Assembly (NCBI GenBank): GCA_010093705.1
Contig: MU006117.1
Coordinates: forward strand, 139,707-203,706
Length of the DNA stretch: 64,000 nt
Direction of reading: 5' to 3'
From: Patellaria atrata CBS 101060
Taxonomy: Eukaryota
In this document: piece after piece, positions 11,201 to 23,500 of the stretch
Numbering within the stretch: position 1 is the stretch's first letter
How the letters are laid out: each line of letters starts with the position of its first letter
The notes under the pieces: generated by a model
What the model saw: the letters and a program-made list of their open reading frames with translations, nothing else
The model's database searches: none
What the model was told of the DNA's origin: nothing
Program-made: the position numbers and the translations under genes

Positions 11201-13222
11201 GCGCTCGCGATGTGAAGGAGTAATGTCTCCCCAAAACCAATCGGTAATTTTTTCAACTAGACCTACTTGAATATTGGTCACAGCTCTATCTTCGTGCGTG
11301 TCGTCGCTTGCTGGCATCCGAGTAGGCTGGGCGGTCGGCTCACCAGCAATACCCACGTGCTCATCGTGGGAAGGAGCACACGTGGTTTCCGCCGGAATAT
11401 CACGAGAGGTTGTTGGGGCTCCAGAATCGTCAGGATTCATATTCCTCCTAGTCGAATCCCGGGTATCAAGGTTTGAGTTCTCGTAGTTTGGCTTTTGCGT
11501 TTTGCCCTCTGCATCTGTAGTGGACCGCGAGACCATTTCAATATTTTCCATCCGAGCTTTGCCTTTATGTCGACCATCCAAATCTTCCCCTGTGACTGCA
11601 TGGTTTAGAAGCCTATCATCAGTACTTTGAATATGTTGCCAACTATCATTACTTCCATCACTAATCGCTTCGGTGTCAACTTCCCTAGAAAACTCAGAAT
11701 GGAACTGAGTATCGGCTCTTGTGAGTTCCTCAATTCCACGACGTATTTCTGTCGCCATGGAAGATGCTTCGCGACTAGGTAACTTAGGTCTTGGGTTGAC
11801 TCTTGACACGGAAGGACCGGCAACGGTAAGATCATTGTTCGGCGAACGAGGCTCTTCATTAGGCCGCTCCTTTGTACCCGTGTCCATTACCGCATCCATG
11901 GGTTGAAATCGGGTCTTACCATTCGAGTTATCCGAAGAAAGATTAGCCACGTCCACATGGTTATCTGCACCACTTGAACTCTGCGTGATTTGGTAGTCGT
12001 ACGAAGCCTCGGGAATATTACCGTCCTCCCGGTCAGCCAAATCTCTTTCGGTACGTATAAGATCGCCAACGTCGCGCTCGGATTCAGGCTCGTCATCATC
12101 GAATGCGGACTGGACAGGAGTTTGTAACTCATCCTCCCAACCATCATGGTCCGAATTGTCATCGTCGCTGTCTAGTTCGCCGGCAAGTTCTTCATTAGGT
12201 CCGTCGTCTTCATTATCCTCGTCTTCCTCGTCATTTGCTGCATTAGGAAGAACTCCATTGTCAGCATTGAGTGCAGCGGCGTTGAATATAGCAGGTTGTT
12301 GTTGCACAACCCACTCACGTATGAGAAAGACTAAGATAAACCCAACGACTACCAGAAGCGTAATAATTTGGCCCTCAAGGACATCCAAGATTAATCGATT
12401 AAGAGCTGGGGAATTAGTGAATGAATTGAAGAACGATACGTCTGAGAGAAGAGAAGACCGTTCGTAAAAGAACAAAGAAGCGTCAGTCCCATTCGTGCCA
12501 TTGTTTGCTGCCATGCTCGAACGGGAAACACCATTTATGCCAAGGAAAAACTTCTTGAGGAGAGTGTAAAGTACTGGTTCCTCAGAGCTCATATTTAATG
12601 TCTGAGAGATAGGTGAAAGTATGGATGGTGAGATTATCCCTGATAAGTTGAGCTGAGCTAAAGGATGGATAGCAGGAGATGAGTTCGACTGTTGCACCTG
12701 ACCGACATTGTGCGAATGAATGTCCCAACCGCCATCGCCGAGCCAAAATAAACTCTTCCAGACGAATCTTGTGCAATAAGGGAGCCATAAGAGCCAGACT
12801 GAACCAACAAGTATGCCTCTACACCAAGTAAGGAAATGGCTGATACTATGTACAACAGCTCTCCGGATGAAGACAGTTAAAGGAAGACTTTGCGGCATCT
12901 GCGGATCATATAGTTTCGTGAACCTGAATGGCGTCTTGCAGAGCTCACAGTGCTTCTTCTGTGAATGTGATAGCCACGTCATCAGACAGTCTTGATGTAC
13001 GAATTTGATGCTTCCGCTACATTTGCAAGGATAGAAGAGCGGCTCATCTTTATTGCCTTCGCCCCTACATATTCTGCATGTATCTGCTTCGCTCTCGGTT
13101 TGTTTCGACGTGTTCGTGGTAAAGGCGGGATCATTCATAAGGTCGGATTCCGGATTCGCAGCGACAGACGCCTGAGCCTCCGACGATAGACTAGGTCCCT
13201 CTGTTGGTATATTGTCGTTCAT
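8264..13222 (-). CDS. DOA10: ERAD RING-CH E3 ubiquitin ligase Doa10/Ssm4/MARCH6
   Basis: 1652-aa ORF with RING-CH CRICRGEG..EPLFYPCKCSGSIKFVHQDCLMTWLSHSQKKHCELCK, TD-domain HWFLGTCYMFHFALFV..RKIMRPGVLYFIRDPDDP, many TM segments and C-terminal RDEVYLIGERLHNF. Confidence 0.96.
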   Translation of the reverse strand: MNDNIPTEGPSLSSEAQASVAANPESDLMNDPAFTTNTSKQTESEADTCRICRGEGNKDEPLFYPCKCSGSIKFVHQDCLMTWLSHSQKKHCELCKTPFRFTKLYDPQMPQSLPLTVFIRRAVVHSISHFLTWCRGILVGSVWLLWLPYCTRFVWKSLFWLGDGGWDIHSHNVGQVQQSNSSPAIHPLAQLNLSGIISPSILSPISQTLNMSSEEPVLYTLLKKFFLGINGVSRSSMAANNGTNGTDASLFFYERSSLLSDVSFFNSFTNSPALNRLILDVLEGQIITLLVVVGFILVFLIREWVVQQQPAIFNAAALNADNGVLPNAANDEEDEDNEDDGPNEELAGELDSDDDNSDHDGWEDELQTPVQSAFDDDEPESERDVGDLIRTERDLADREDGNIPEASYDYQITQSSSGADNHVDVANLSSDNSNGKTRFQPMDAVMDTGTKERPNEEPRSPNNDLTVAGPSVSRVNPRPKLPSREASSMATEIRRGIEELTRADTQFHSEFSREVDTEAISDGSNDSWQHIQSTDDRLLNHAVTGEDLDGRHKGKARMENIEMVSRSTTDAEGKTQKPNYENSNLDTRDSTRRNMNPDDSGAPTTSRDIPAETTCAPSHDEHVGIAGEPTAQPTRMPASDDTHEDRAVTNIQVGLVEKITDWFWGDITPSHRERNVEGENDEHIVQNIAEEAPFVPVHQAQLEQAQVLDAVEALAQDPEVVAAAAQAGIDLNDQEAVDEAEDLEGVLELIGMQGPLVGLFQNAVFSVILISATVGCAVWLPYLTGKMVILLLGTPPSNYILVPLHILSNSVDLIVDIIIFFSGSLVYWPLTLLQFILKPFGWLSPVVFERAIASISGPSRTMAENALRRMSGFVINTGTGYDWTSLDEALNSHAALRALQDRVSEIMAFVVNILSWTYERITMLTFDRIFQEILPQIPQAVGTTIAYIIERGYTFINHLSRQNAFNFTLDLSPASRSVEVSANEWTAKDRFVVIIAGYAFIALVGALYLRRGAPFTSTGQGRALEATVSDFLQQAGGVFKVIFIISIEMIVFPLYCGLLLDLALLPLFEDFSFASRVIFIIDRPWLAVFVHWFLGTCYMFHFALFVAMCRKIMRPGVLYFIRDPDDPSFHPVRDVLERNITSQLRKIAFSGVVYGTLVVVCLGGVVWGLYFATNIFPIRLKSTDPALEFPLDLLFYNFLTPWLIKVSRPSDILQSWYEMWFWFCAKWLRLSDFMFGERRKEEYGHHVRRTWTAWFYREKGDIDNPVTSAEDKERVIATGRSVYFEYDGKLVKAPGSDQVRLTKGEKVFKEIENGETFEEHLSNPIDTSRTRSGGDLTKAISVIYIPPWFRARLSLFVFAIWLFAAAMGLGVTVLPLLLGRAIFSIIWPNHSHPNDIYALSLGLYILGGFAYLIRRVPTFLHIVRAAPPRTISATLHRALTATAKFTILGLRIVYVYSFLALILPLFLAALLELYFLIPLHTFLGPADTHTVHLIQDWTLGIIYVRIGMRVLFWDRTSRPARALQAVIRDGYLHPNARLATRFFVLPVCLLFAVAVGVPSVMALFWHGVGIQTWLGKTTALKDIVKASYPVALALVGTAWMGAKAVRATRKWRSVVRDEVYLIGERLHNFGEKRAPPIGTGTRAENGIATGAA

Positions 13223-14281
13223 GACTTAGATCTTCTAGCAATGTGCTTGCCAAAACCGTGTTGATATTAAAGGAAAGTTAATAGAGTAGCCTGAGGAGGC
13301 GAGGAAGGGAAGGTCTAGGGTATCATTTGAAAGACCAAAAAGGATTGCTCAAGGAAAGATGAGCGAGGAAATAAAGAGATTAGGTATTTGACGGTGTTTC
13401 GACGTCCGGTGTAAGGTAGGGTAAGGTGTTAGACAGCAATCAAGCGGTTCATTGTAAAGTATAAGTTGAACATAGGTCGTGGTTTCTAAGCTCAACTTTA
13501 AGTTTCTATGGTACCAGGACCGTATGCGGGATCAGGTCAATGACAGAATATCGCCTTGGCGCCCACGTGATCAACCATCACAATCAAGAATTATTGCCCC
13601 TATGAGAGAGCTAACAAGTTGGGTAACTTTTGCATTTGCAGTGTGCTATATCGATACACAAAACAACCATATTCGTGTATCGGAGATAGGATTGCTTTAT
13701 AGCGTGACAAACAACCTGGGAATCAACGCAAGAGGTAACCAAACATGCTGGATATACCTTCTCTAGTTCACCAAGCGCTGTATCCTCCTTACATAGGGAG
13801 AAACCTTGCACAAATTTTTCCGCCCACAGGAATCATCAAACCCTTGTGTATCTTGTAACTCCACGCGGTTGAAAGTTGGAAAAACAAAATCCGCACGCCA
13901 CCTGAAGAAACCGGCCGGAGAGAGTTTTAAGACACGAAACGAACTGAAATACACACAGATCGACAAGCAAAGCCACGTCGAAACATACAAGAGAGAACAA
14001 GAGATTAAGATACAATAGTGAGGGGGTGGATTGATACCGGATGCTGATACAGAGCGCGTGGCCGCCATTGGGGACATTAGAGGTTCTTATAAAGGACTCG
14101 AACGATAAAGAAGTCCCCGGGTATCCTTGAACGCCGATAAGCCACTCCTTTTGCGAAAACAGTAGTAGCCCGTCTTAAAACCTTGTACGCCAGTCGAAAG
14201 ACCCGAGCTGAAAAGCAATTTTCCTCTATCGAATCATATAGCGTCGGATAGTCCTCGGTCTAGTCTTATGATTCTGGATGT

Positions 14282-17200
14282 CTAAGGTGAAAATTCACGC
14301 TTTGGTTTCTTGCCCCTTTCTAACCAACGTCGCTTTCCTACACGGGTTTCGAAATGGGGTGCCACGCTAGCGACATCTTGGCCAGCAGCAACCATAGTGC
14401 TCCGCATTTTGTTTCTATATGCATCAACTAGAGATTGTTAGAATGGACATGTGTTTCATACAAATTCACACTTACGAGACCTCTGAAGGAATAAAGCGCG
14501 GTTAGAGAATACTCGGCTTTGGGCCCAGCTCATTCGATAACCAAGATCATTCAGAGTAACTTCTTTGCTGCGTTTCGTCTTAGTACGTCTAGGTAGAGGA
14601 ACTTCTGCGTCACCATCAAGAGTCTTGACCTTGACAAGCATTCTTCCTGTCAGTGGAGCATCCGTACTCAAAGCGTTCGAGGCCTCGGCGACAGGATCAT
14701 CTTTGAAAAAAGCGCGTCCCCGCGGAGAACTAGGTGGTGATTGCATCTGCATCGGAAAGTATGATCGAGGAAAGACTGAGTTGCTCTTTCTGTACGAATC
14801 GGGCATCTCCTCCATGTGAACTTGATCGAGCATGACCCTCACCCTCACTCTCGTACCCCTTTGGGAATCGTCAACTAAGATGAACTTTCTCCGTTTGGAC
14901 TCTGGTAAATCACCGAAAAGTGACTTGCTCTGATCGTCTTTGTCTTCTTGGGTGGATTGAGGAATGGAATTCGAATGAGGTACACTATGCGGCCCAAGAT
15001 GACCCATTCCGTCGTGTATTGATAGGACAGACGAGTTACCAACATTCTGCGCGGTGGGATAGGTCGGATAGAAGTTCTGCGCGTGGCGGACATCATTGGG
15101 ACTCGACGTTTGCCCGTTCGGGGCCTGGTGATGGTGGGTGTGAGGACCATCATTGTAATTACTCCCGGCTGCAAGAAACGAACAGGATATTAGCCTACAC
15201 ATATCATCAAGCAGGTGCATATGTTGCTGGGGAGACAGATTCCGTGAGGGAGTATTTTACATGCAAGGCAAATACAGAATAAACAAGGATATGTATATAT
15301 ATATTTCGATTCCCAATTCTGCACAGAACGAATGCATCTTAATCACATCTGGTGAAACATACCGCTAACATCATCATTACCTCCAGGTGGTCCACCACCA
15401 GGGTGTTCGTGGTGGTGGTGTAACTGAGGTCCTCCGATACTCATAGCAGGTTGTCTAGGACCTGGTCCCGGATTCAGTCCGGCGGAGTTAGGCACACCCG
15501 CTGAAGCTGGACCGCTTGGTCCTGTCATATGCGTTCCTTGCTGAGCTGCCATGTTCTTCCTGTTTGATATTTTCGCCATCCTTCTCACACGCCTACTCCT
15601 TAGGCGAGGGTCCTGATTACTATTGCGCCAACTATCGACTGCTCTCTGAATAAGGCCTCGCTTCCCTCTTAGACACGGATTTAACTGCGCCAAGGCCCAT
15701 CCGACTGTGTTACATTCTGTTTCGTAATGCAATCGGTTGCCTTTGTACTGTTCTTTACTACAGCAAGCTCGAGGGTAAACGCAATTCTCCGTCTTGAATT
15801 CTTGAGGGAGGTCTTCCACATTTACCGATTCGACATCGCAACGAATAGTGTACTCCATCTTAACACGGTCCCTGGAATACTCGAAAGCGATCCATTGCAC
15901 ACCATTCTGGTCTTGACGAACAACTAGGGGTGTGGTAGCTGGGATTGGTCCTGGAGCTGCGTTTGGATTCACGTTTGCTGCAGATGGGGGCCCATGGTGC
16001 ATGTTTGCTGGCGCGCCCGGAGGACCAGTTGGCGGACCCTGGGTGGGTCCCAAGCCTGATGGAGGACGTTGGAGAGGCTGCTGTAGCTGCTTCGTTCTGG
16101 GGCTCCCTAGGCCAGGGGTGTGCGGATTGGGTGGTGGGTGCTGTAATGACTGCCCATGCGGATTAGACATCAACAACGACGTGCTAGACATCGGCTGATG
16201 TTGTTGTGATACAGGATGCTGAGCGTAGGGAGACTGCTGCGCCATTTGATACGGCTGATAATACATGTTTTGCTGCAGTTGAGCAGATGGCTGGGAATAC
16301 AGTGGCCTTCCGTGTTGATCATGCTGGGGAGATTGAACAGACGCCGGCGAGTTAGATTGCGGCGTCCCATAAATTGGGGGGTACGGGCGATTCATTGTTG
16401 CTGCTGCCATCGGTTCAATTTCTGTATGTTGAGTTAGTCCAATATGACACATTAGGAGTCAATATCTGTTCATGGTGGAACGGTTTTTCGGACGCGGAAT
16501 TCTAGCTCACCTGCTGATGAATAACTTCCCGTAGCACTGTTAGCACTGTACGGGCTGGGATGCGCCGTATAATACGGAACTTCTGGACCTTGCTGAGCGG
16601 ATTGGCCGGGTAGATTCGCTACGTAAGGCGATTGGTGCTGGGTTGGAAGGCTATGTGTAGACGAGTGTGGTGATGCGTAAGGTCCTTGAGCTGCAGGATG
16701 CGCTTGCTGATGAGGCGAATCCGGGTGATGCTGATGCTGCTGCTGCTGGACAACACTTGATCGTGGGTGTTGAAGATGCTGAGGCGGTGGAAGGCCCTGC
16801 GCAGATTGGTGGGGGTGATGCTAGCAGGTGACAGTCGCGTTAGCCACGGTTCCGTTGTTTTGATAATGGACGCGAAGTTTTTAAGGACTTGATTCTGGTA
16901 AACGAATTGATTGCCCCTTGCATTCGAGGAAAAGACAAAGATAGATATGGGGTGAAGTGTCTCTCGTCCTCCACCACGCGCACACAACACTCTTATCAAA
17001 AACTAGCAATTGACTATGCTTTAAAGAAACTTCATGACTATTCAACGACGGTTTAAGGTAATTGAGAAGTCGAAGTTTGGTACAGACAAGCCCTTGGGAA
17101 ACGTGGGGAAATAAGGGGAAGACCAGGCTTTAACGAGCACGGGGGTTTATACCAGCGAAAATGCCTGAGCAGACGCTAGATAGATATGCGAGTAGAGGAC

Positions 17201-17575
17201 AGGGACTCTTGATCACAGTGACAGAAACGTTAAAGACTAGGAATATTTTGAGGTGAGGATGAGAATCGACGAGGGTGGAGGGCCCAAGTTGATATGCTAG
17301 CAAGGAGTAGTACAATGGCGGTGCAAGTTGCACGCCGGAGGTTTTGAAAGACAGGAAACAAGCAGGGAAGCCGCTGAGAACAAAAGGCGCGTGGGAAGCA
17401 TGAAGAGTGGGTGAGCAGACAATAAAAGAGCAAGGGAGGGATATAGGTGTTTAACGGTAGGGAACAAGTAGGGGAGTGTTGAGAAGAATAATAAGGTATG
17501 CGTGTGGTGGTAAGTGGTGACTGGTATGCTGTAGGGGAAAACAAGCCAGTCATCTTGGCGAGAAGGGCCTACCAT
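14282..17575 (-). CDS. Conserved filamentous-fungal protein of unknown function: Q/H/P-rich N-terminus plus two related globular domains (probable nuclear regulator). Exons 17575-17573 (ATG only, inferred), 16820-16511, 16421-15363, 15168-14476, 14427-14282
   Basis: Frame-consistent GT-AG junctions link HHPHQSAQGLPPPQH..., PATTPLVVRQDQNGVQWIAFEYSRDRVKMEYTIRCDV...KRGLIQRAVDSWRN and KRRKFILVDD...LFLQRS|LDAYRNKMR...REFSP*. The first exon is less certain than the rest. Confidence 0.82.
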
Positions 17576-20500
17576 GTAGCCAGAAGAACGCGTGAACTGG
17601 GGTTAAGGAAACCTTGAAGGGTAGCCCGTTATGCGGCGTCAACGCGACAACGATGTGCGGTGGAGGGCTGATGCATGCACGCAAGCAAGCAAGCAAAAGT
17701 GTGGGAACAAGAAAAAAAAAATAAGAGCGGAAGCCAGCAACGGTTGCAGGAGGAAGAGAAAGATTGTGTGGATTGTGCGAAACGACGGGAAACGGTTGCT
17801 TGAAAGTTTCGTGAATAACAGGGAGTATCACTCACAAGATCGTCCGCCACATGAGCCGGCTGCTCCTTACCCTTATACCCCAGAGGAGACTTCGCCCTAT
17901 CTTGATGCGACGCATGCGACATTGTTATTATTACTCTCTGCTCCGTACTTGGGGTGACTGGGGAGGAGTTGAAATGTGTTCAAGGTTTTAGAGGACGAGG
18001 GTAAGGTGCAAGGTGGATGGATGGATTGGGGCACTGGGCAGTGGGCAGTGGGCAGGCTAAGTGACCGACAGGCTTTAACAACGGTCGTCCGTGCGAGGCC
18101 TGCCTCTTTTTTATTTTGTAAGAAAAGTTGCCAAAAGCCCTTCTGGTTAGTGCTGCTGCCCACCCTGCCTGCAACTTTAGCTACCCAATTCGCAATTTCG
18201 ACACTGCAGAACCGCTGCAACGAGGCTGTGACTGGTTGAAGGTGAAGAGCGGCGAAGGGGACGGAGAACGGAGTAAGTGTCAAGCTCGGTCAAGGCTCCC
18301 AAAAAAAATAAAAAAAAAAAAGAGAGTCAAAGTGGGCTTCAAGGGTAACGAAATTCGAAAGGCTCGTTTGACGACCCTGAAAGGGACTAACGCGTGTTTC
18401 CAGCTGAGGGAAAGAGGGAAAGAGGGAAAGAGGGAAGTCTCCACCCGCAACTGAAATAAACTCAAAACACCCTAAAGCAAGAGCGAGCAGCCACACAGTT
18501 GACAAAACGCCTATCGCAACGAGAGGTCGCCTGCCACTATGCCTATTTCTGGTGCTAGACCCTCTTGGCGACATCACGGCAGAACCAATTCCAGCGCCTG
18601 GGAAGGAAAACGTACAGGCTCAAAGATGTGAAATCAGAAAATCAGAGAAAGGGAAATCAGAGGGAAAATCTTCGATGCTACCCCTTGTGCATTGCCCTCA
18701 GCTGCATGCGCGGGGAAATTGCCTATTCCAGCCTACTGCCCCGCGGCTGTTGGATGCGTATTAAATCCTTGTGCAACGGCTTTTGCCCGCTTAAGCTCAC
18801 GATGGAATACCAGGCGTGGCTGGCGTGCAACGGGCGTGGAGACCGCGTGGTGGGCCGGTTGATTTGCCGATGGGTCGAGGCCAACTTCATGCGTAGCCAG
18901 GAATCTAATCACTACTGACCTGGATGGATACACAGAAGAGGCAGCAGCTCAAAGGGAGTACAACAAGATGTGCAAAGTAGAAGAAAAGGAAACGTTTCGA
19001 GGATCCGCTCCAGAATACTCAAGATCGGGTCCCCTTTCATCATCACGACACCAGTACTCCTCAAAACTGCAGCTGGTAAGACAAGGAGAGGGGATTAGAA
19101 GCTACCCGCGTGCCCGTCTATGAATTATTAATCCCTTCGAAATCTAGTCCGTAGCGCGATAGAGATGTGGTTGCTAGCTTGCTGTCCGTTCTTAGGTCAC
19201 CTACTGCGCTTGAAAGCCTTCCACATACCGTTAGCATCCTCAACTGTCAATAATTCACGACATTATTTGAGAACGGCGACTTGTTCATGCGAATTGCGGA
19301 AGAATGTTGGCCATCTGATGATCTTCTAAGACGAAGATGCGGCTAATCTTGTACTGTACTGTATAGTACTCTGTATCTTTGCCCTCCTTTTACAGTTTAC
19401 ACACGTACTGTCCTTCAACTCACTTAAAAATTCCAAAAGCCGTCTTCCAAGAAGGGAATGGGTCATCATTTTGTGTGACCAAATTCCGCCATCGTGATCT
19501 CTAGCTTCTGTTGGTCGCCTGAATTGGTATCCTGCGACCTGCGTCCATTATCAATCCCGAGCCCGCTGTTACAAGCGCGACAACAACGCGAACGCACGGT
19601 CAAAGATGACGATAACGATCAAATTTGCTTCTCGGGGAAAAACCTCACACTTCCACAGGAAACATCCACATGTATCAGCCACAGAAGCCTGCCGTTCACG
19701 GGTCGTAACCTCGATGTTCCCTTACTTGACGTTTCGCTTCCCCGTTCAACTCTCTTTCTTACCTTATTCCCTAGCTTCGCGGGGTTGGAGGGACCGCCGT
19801 TGAACATGGATTTGATAGGGTATTCCTTTTAGGCCTAAGATGCCCGACCGTTGAGATGTCAGGGGTTTCAGTGGATTGTCAATAAAGATCACCGCAATCA
19901 ACGGTCCAAAGCGAACACTTTGACCCCGGTGAGCATGCGCCAGTGGGCGTGATGCTCTTATGCCCATTTCATAATCAAGAAAGACGAGCCAATTTTCTGT
20001 CCAATAAGAGCTACACGAATGAAAATGTCCCCTTCGGCAAAGTCTCTTGATATTCTTCCGATTTTGACGGTAATTTCAAAGCGTACACTTACCTCGAAAG
20101 AAGCGATGGTACGAGCGGTCTTAATCAATTCTGCATAGGCCTACTCCTCCTAGGGCCGACTGCAGATGGTGCGGAGAATATGCCTCGCCCTGTCACATCG
20201 CCGAGATAAAGATTAATGGATGGTAAGCTCTAGTGCCAATAATTGTTTTCTCAAGCGAAGAACTATTTGACAATAAGCCTAAGTTGCGCTTCATGCTCTC
20301 AGAGGGATTCTTTTCATACTTCTGATCTTATAACTCTTGGCTTTAAAATTGTGTCGCCATTGTCTTTACCCGAGTTGGTCCTCTCGCTCTATCACACAGT
20401 TCCCTAATACGTGCACTCCTCCGAATGATGAGTCTTGAAGTTATTGAAGTTACTGTGCGCTTTTAGCCGTTCAAAATATCGATTGCACTGCTCGAAACGT

Positions 20501-23500
20501 CCGAATGAGGTCAATTCTAAGTAAGAGCATTATGGATGGACACCCTTGGGAGCTGGGATGTAGACGACGGTCAAGCGAAGAATAGTAACAGTGCGCCGCA
20601 ATCTGGGGACTCTCTCACGTTACCATTGTCTAGGGAGCCTCAAATGCACAACGTGTTATTGTGATAAGCTTGTGACACGCGACATTCGAAAGACAGTAGC
20701 TTCCCTTACAGCCAGTATCATCCCGTTTCTACTCGGGATACCGAGGTTCCGAAAATGCCGAACCTCTTTCTTTGTCGGCACGCTGAGTTAACCTCTCTGA
20801 ATTTTCCTAATATGAACTAGAGACCGTCAATGTATTTTAGTTCTACGGGTTCATCCGATTCCCCGCAAAACCATATATGATACTAGATGAACTCCGAATC
20901 GCTTTTATTGCGGTGATACATCTAACGGTGCTCACCTAAGGTACTGTATTCGTCCAGTAGTCAGACAAATCAAGATTTCCAATAATCGCGAAATAGAACT
21001 ATACACGTCGCTTCTTCTAGTGGGCCAGAGTTGATGTTGAGCTTGTTCAAACCCAAATGACGGCCGGTTGATACCTGCATATGGTAACGGGTGATGATCC
21101 TACCTACTACTAAAGAGTAAAGATATGCAAGCAAGTCGATAAGCCAGGGATTTCAGAAGAACACATGTACTGTACGTTAGCAGAGACCGGATTTTCATGA
21201 TGCTATTCGTGCGAAACCCCACAACCGATACTTGTATTGAACGCGATTTTCCGTCGGCGCCGCATCAAGTATCCTAAACTAAGGTATACCCGAAGTCCTG
21301 TCTTGCTGACAGTGCCTATCTTATTAGTAAAGGCGACAGGAGGTAGAGTACCTTTATATCCGGCCTGTCAAATCGCCTTCAACTTGATGCATTCAGTCGG
21401 ATTCAGGCGTCCACTTCTGTCATGCAGAAAATGCGATATGAAGTTAAGTTTACGAGACCATTCTTCTATATTGCAACTGGTGCCGATGTCTCAGTTTTTA
21501 TATTGACTAGCATCAACTGCAAAAAGACATGATGATAATAAAGTTGAAATAGGCAACTTAAAGACATGTCTCCAGACTCCACCTTTCCAAGTTTTCCAGG
21601 CCCGCATTTAGAAGGGGCAAGGGCCAACGGTCCGGAGTACCCATGCGCTGATTTTCTCAGGCTTTACCTGGCTTCCCGCAGCTTCCTTGAGGGTTCACAC
21701 TTCGTTACCCGTCTAACCTCTTCAACACAGATCAAACTATCTCGGGAGGCTTGCATGATGAAGGTTAAGCTCATCTCGAGCGCGATCCTCGAACCATCTA
21801 GATTTGAAAATGGTCAAAAAAAGAGATCGTATAGCTATCAGACTTTCAGTAAGTGGCCTTTCGGAATGTTGAGACATCAATCTGATGTTGTAGGCAAAAT
21901 AACTTCGAATCAGCTGTACTCCAACCTTCTCCCCACCTCATATGACCAACTTACCCATCATTCGCTCTCGACGTTCGATAATTTACTAGATGGACGGTTG
22001 ACTTGGAACATTTCTCGATGCCAGTCGGGCCGTTCAGCGGTATCTTCGATCCAGTACAACTGCCGCAGCCTAATCTGAAGTGGCTATAAATCGATGCTAC
22101 ATATATGTGCTCCCATATAGTTTAAAAGAGGACCCGTTGATTCACAGTTGTAGCTATTTTCAGGTCTTTTGCGCACACACCAAGGAGAAATGATCGTTGC
22201 ATGACAGCAGAAGCTTTTTGTTCGACCTGTCCAGGCGAAGCACCACAAATCATCATCGGCGACATGCCTGACCTCCACTACACCATAACCCGCTTGGCAA
22301 ATCCACCCCAGTAGCCTACTTTGGTACGGAGTGACAGACATTGGCCATTTTGCCGGCGATCCGAGATGGTGGGCACGACGCCAGTTAGGGGCAAAAGGCA
22401 CGAACAACCATGTCAGAAATCGAGCTCCTGGGTAATAATAATCACGACAAACTGTTTACCACAGAAACGCGTTTCTTCGACATGAAACATAACATGATAG
22501 AGCAAGATACTGCTGGATTTCAAAGACGGAGATATTCTCAACTAAGCTCTAACCGAGGGCAAAGGACTAAACGTGCTTGCATAAGCGCCACCCCTCACTC
22601 ATCCACCCACCCACCAAAAAAGAAGACAGATACCCGTGCTGATTCGTCAAAAGGTACACATCGAGGGTGACTCGAGAGGTTTGCCGTCACGTCAATAAAG
22701 AATTATGAGGAGCGTGCCAACCTAGCCCTTCTCAACGGGTCTATGGGAGGGACAAGGTATGCCCTGCTTCCCGTTGAAACCCTGCTGCCGTCTAGGATTC
22801 ATCAAGCCATGCAAGAAGGGGAGTTCTTGAGTACGGGTATCTTGAAGTTCTTGACAGGCTTTTTCAAGGCGGTGGGCTGAGACTAGCATCTATCCGGTCT
22901 CCTATCTGCTACCTTATCTGCACGTAAATGGGCTGACATTTGCAGGGTCGATTGATACTGTATGTGCATCACAATTCTTTCGAAAGTTAAATATTCACTG
23001 TACTGTATCCGAGGGAAAGCAAAAACGATATGTTTAGTTAATTACAAAGGTCCCAAACGAAGGACGTCGTTGGAAACGTGCTTTTCATGCCTTGCAGGCA
23101 GGATGCGAGCGCGTGTCGGCGGAGATTGCTCTGGACGCAGGCGTCAGGAGAAATTCCCATTGTTGTGGGAGCCCCAGCGAGTGGGCTTTTAGTGAAAGAT
23201 GGTGAACTGTATGCCAGTGTCGCACGGAGTTGCAGGCTTATGGTACTCCAGAAACTCAGATCTTGAAACTATGAACGACACAGACAGGAATAGATGTGAT
23301 CTGCTTCTACAGCATGGATACCAATGGGATAAAGATGGTATCGTAAAAGTGGTTTATCATGCGCAAAGTCTCAAAGAATCAAGTCAATCAACCCCCTAAA
23401 GCCCGTACGACGTCGCGTAAAAGTTCGGCCGTGCGCTCCCTCAGTCCCTTCCGCTTGGCTTTGGAGACATGAAGCCGATCATCAGACATCACTTTGTCTT

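Noticed and set aside
21566..22670. ORFs of 170, 107 and 86 aa in the gene-free interval
   Set aside because: No domain motifs or splice support; lengths compatible with chance.
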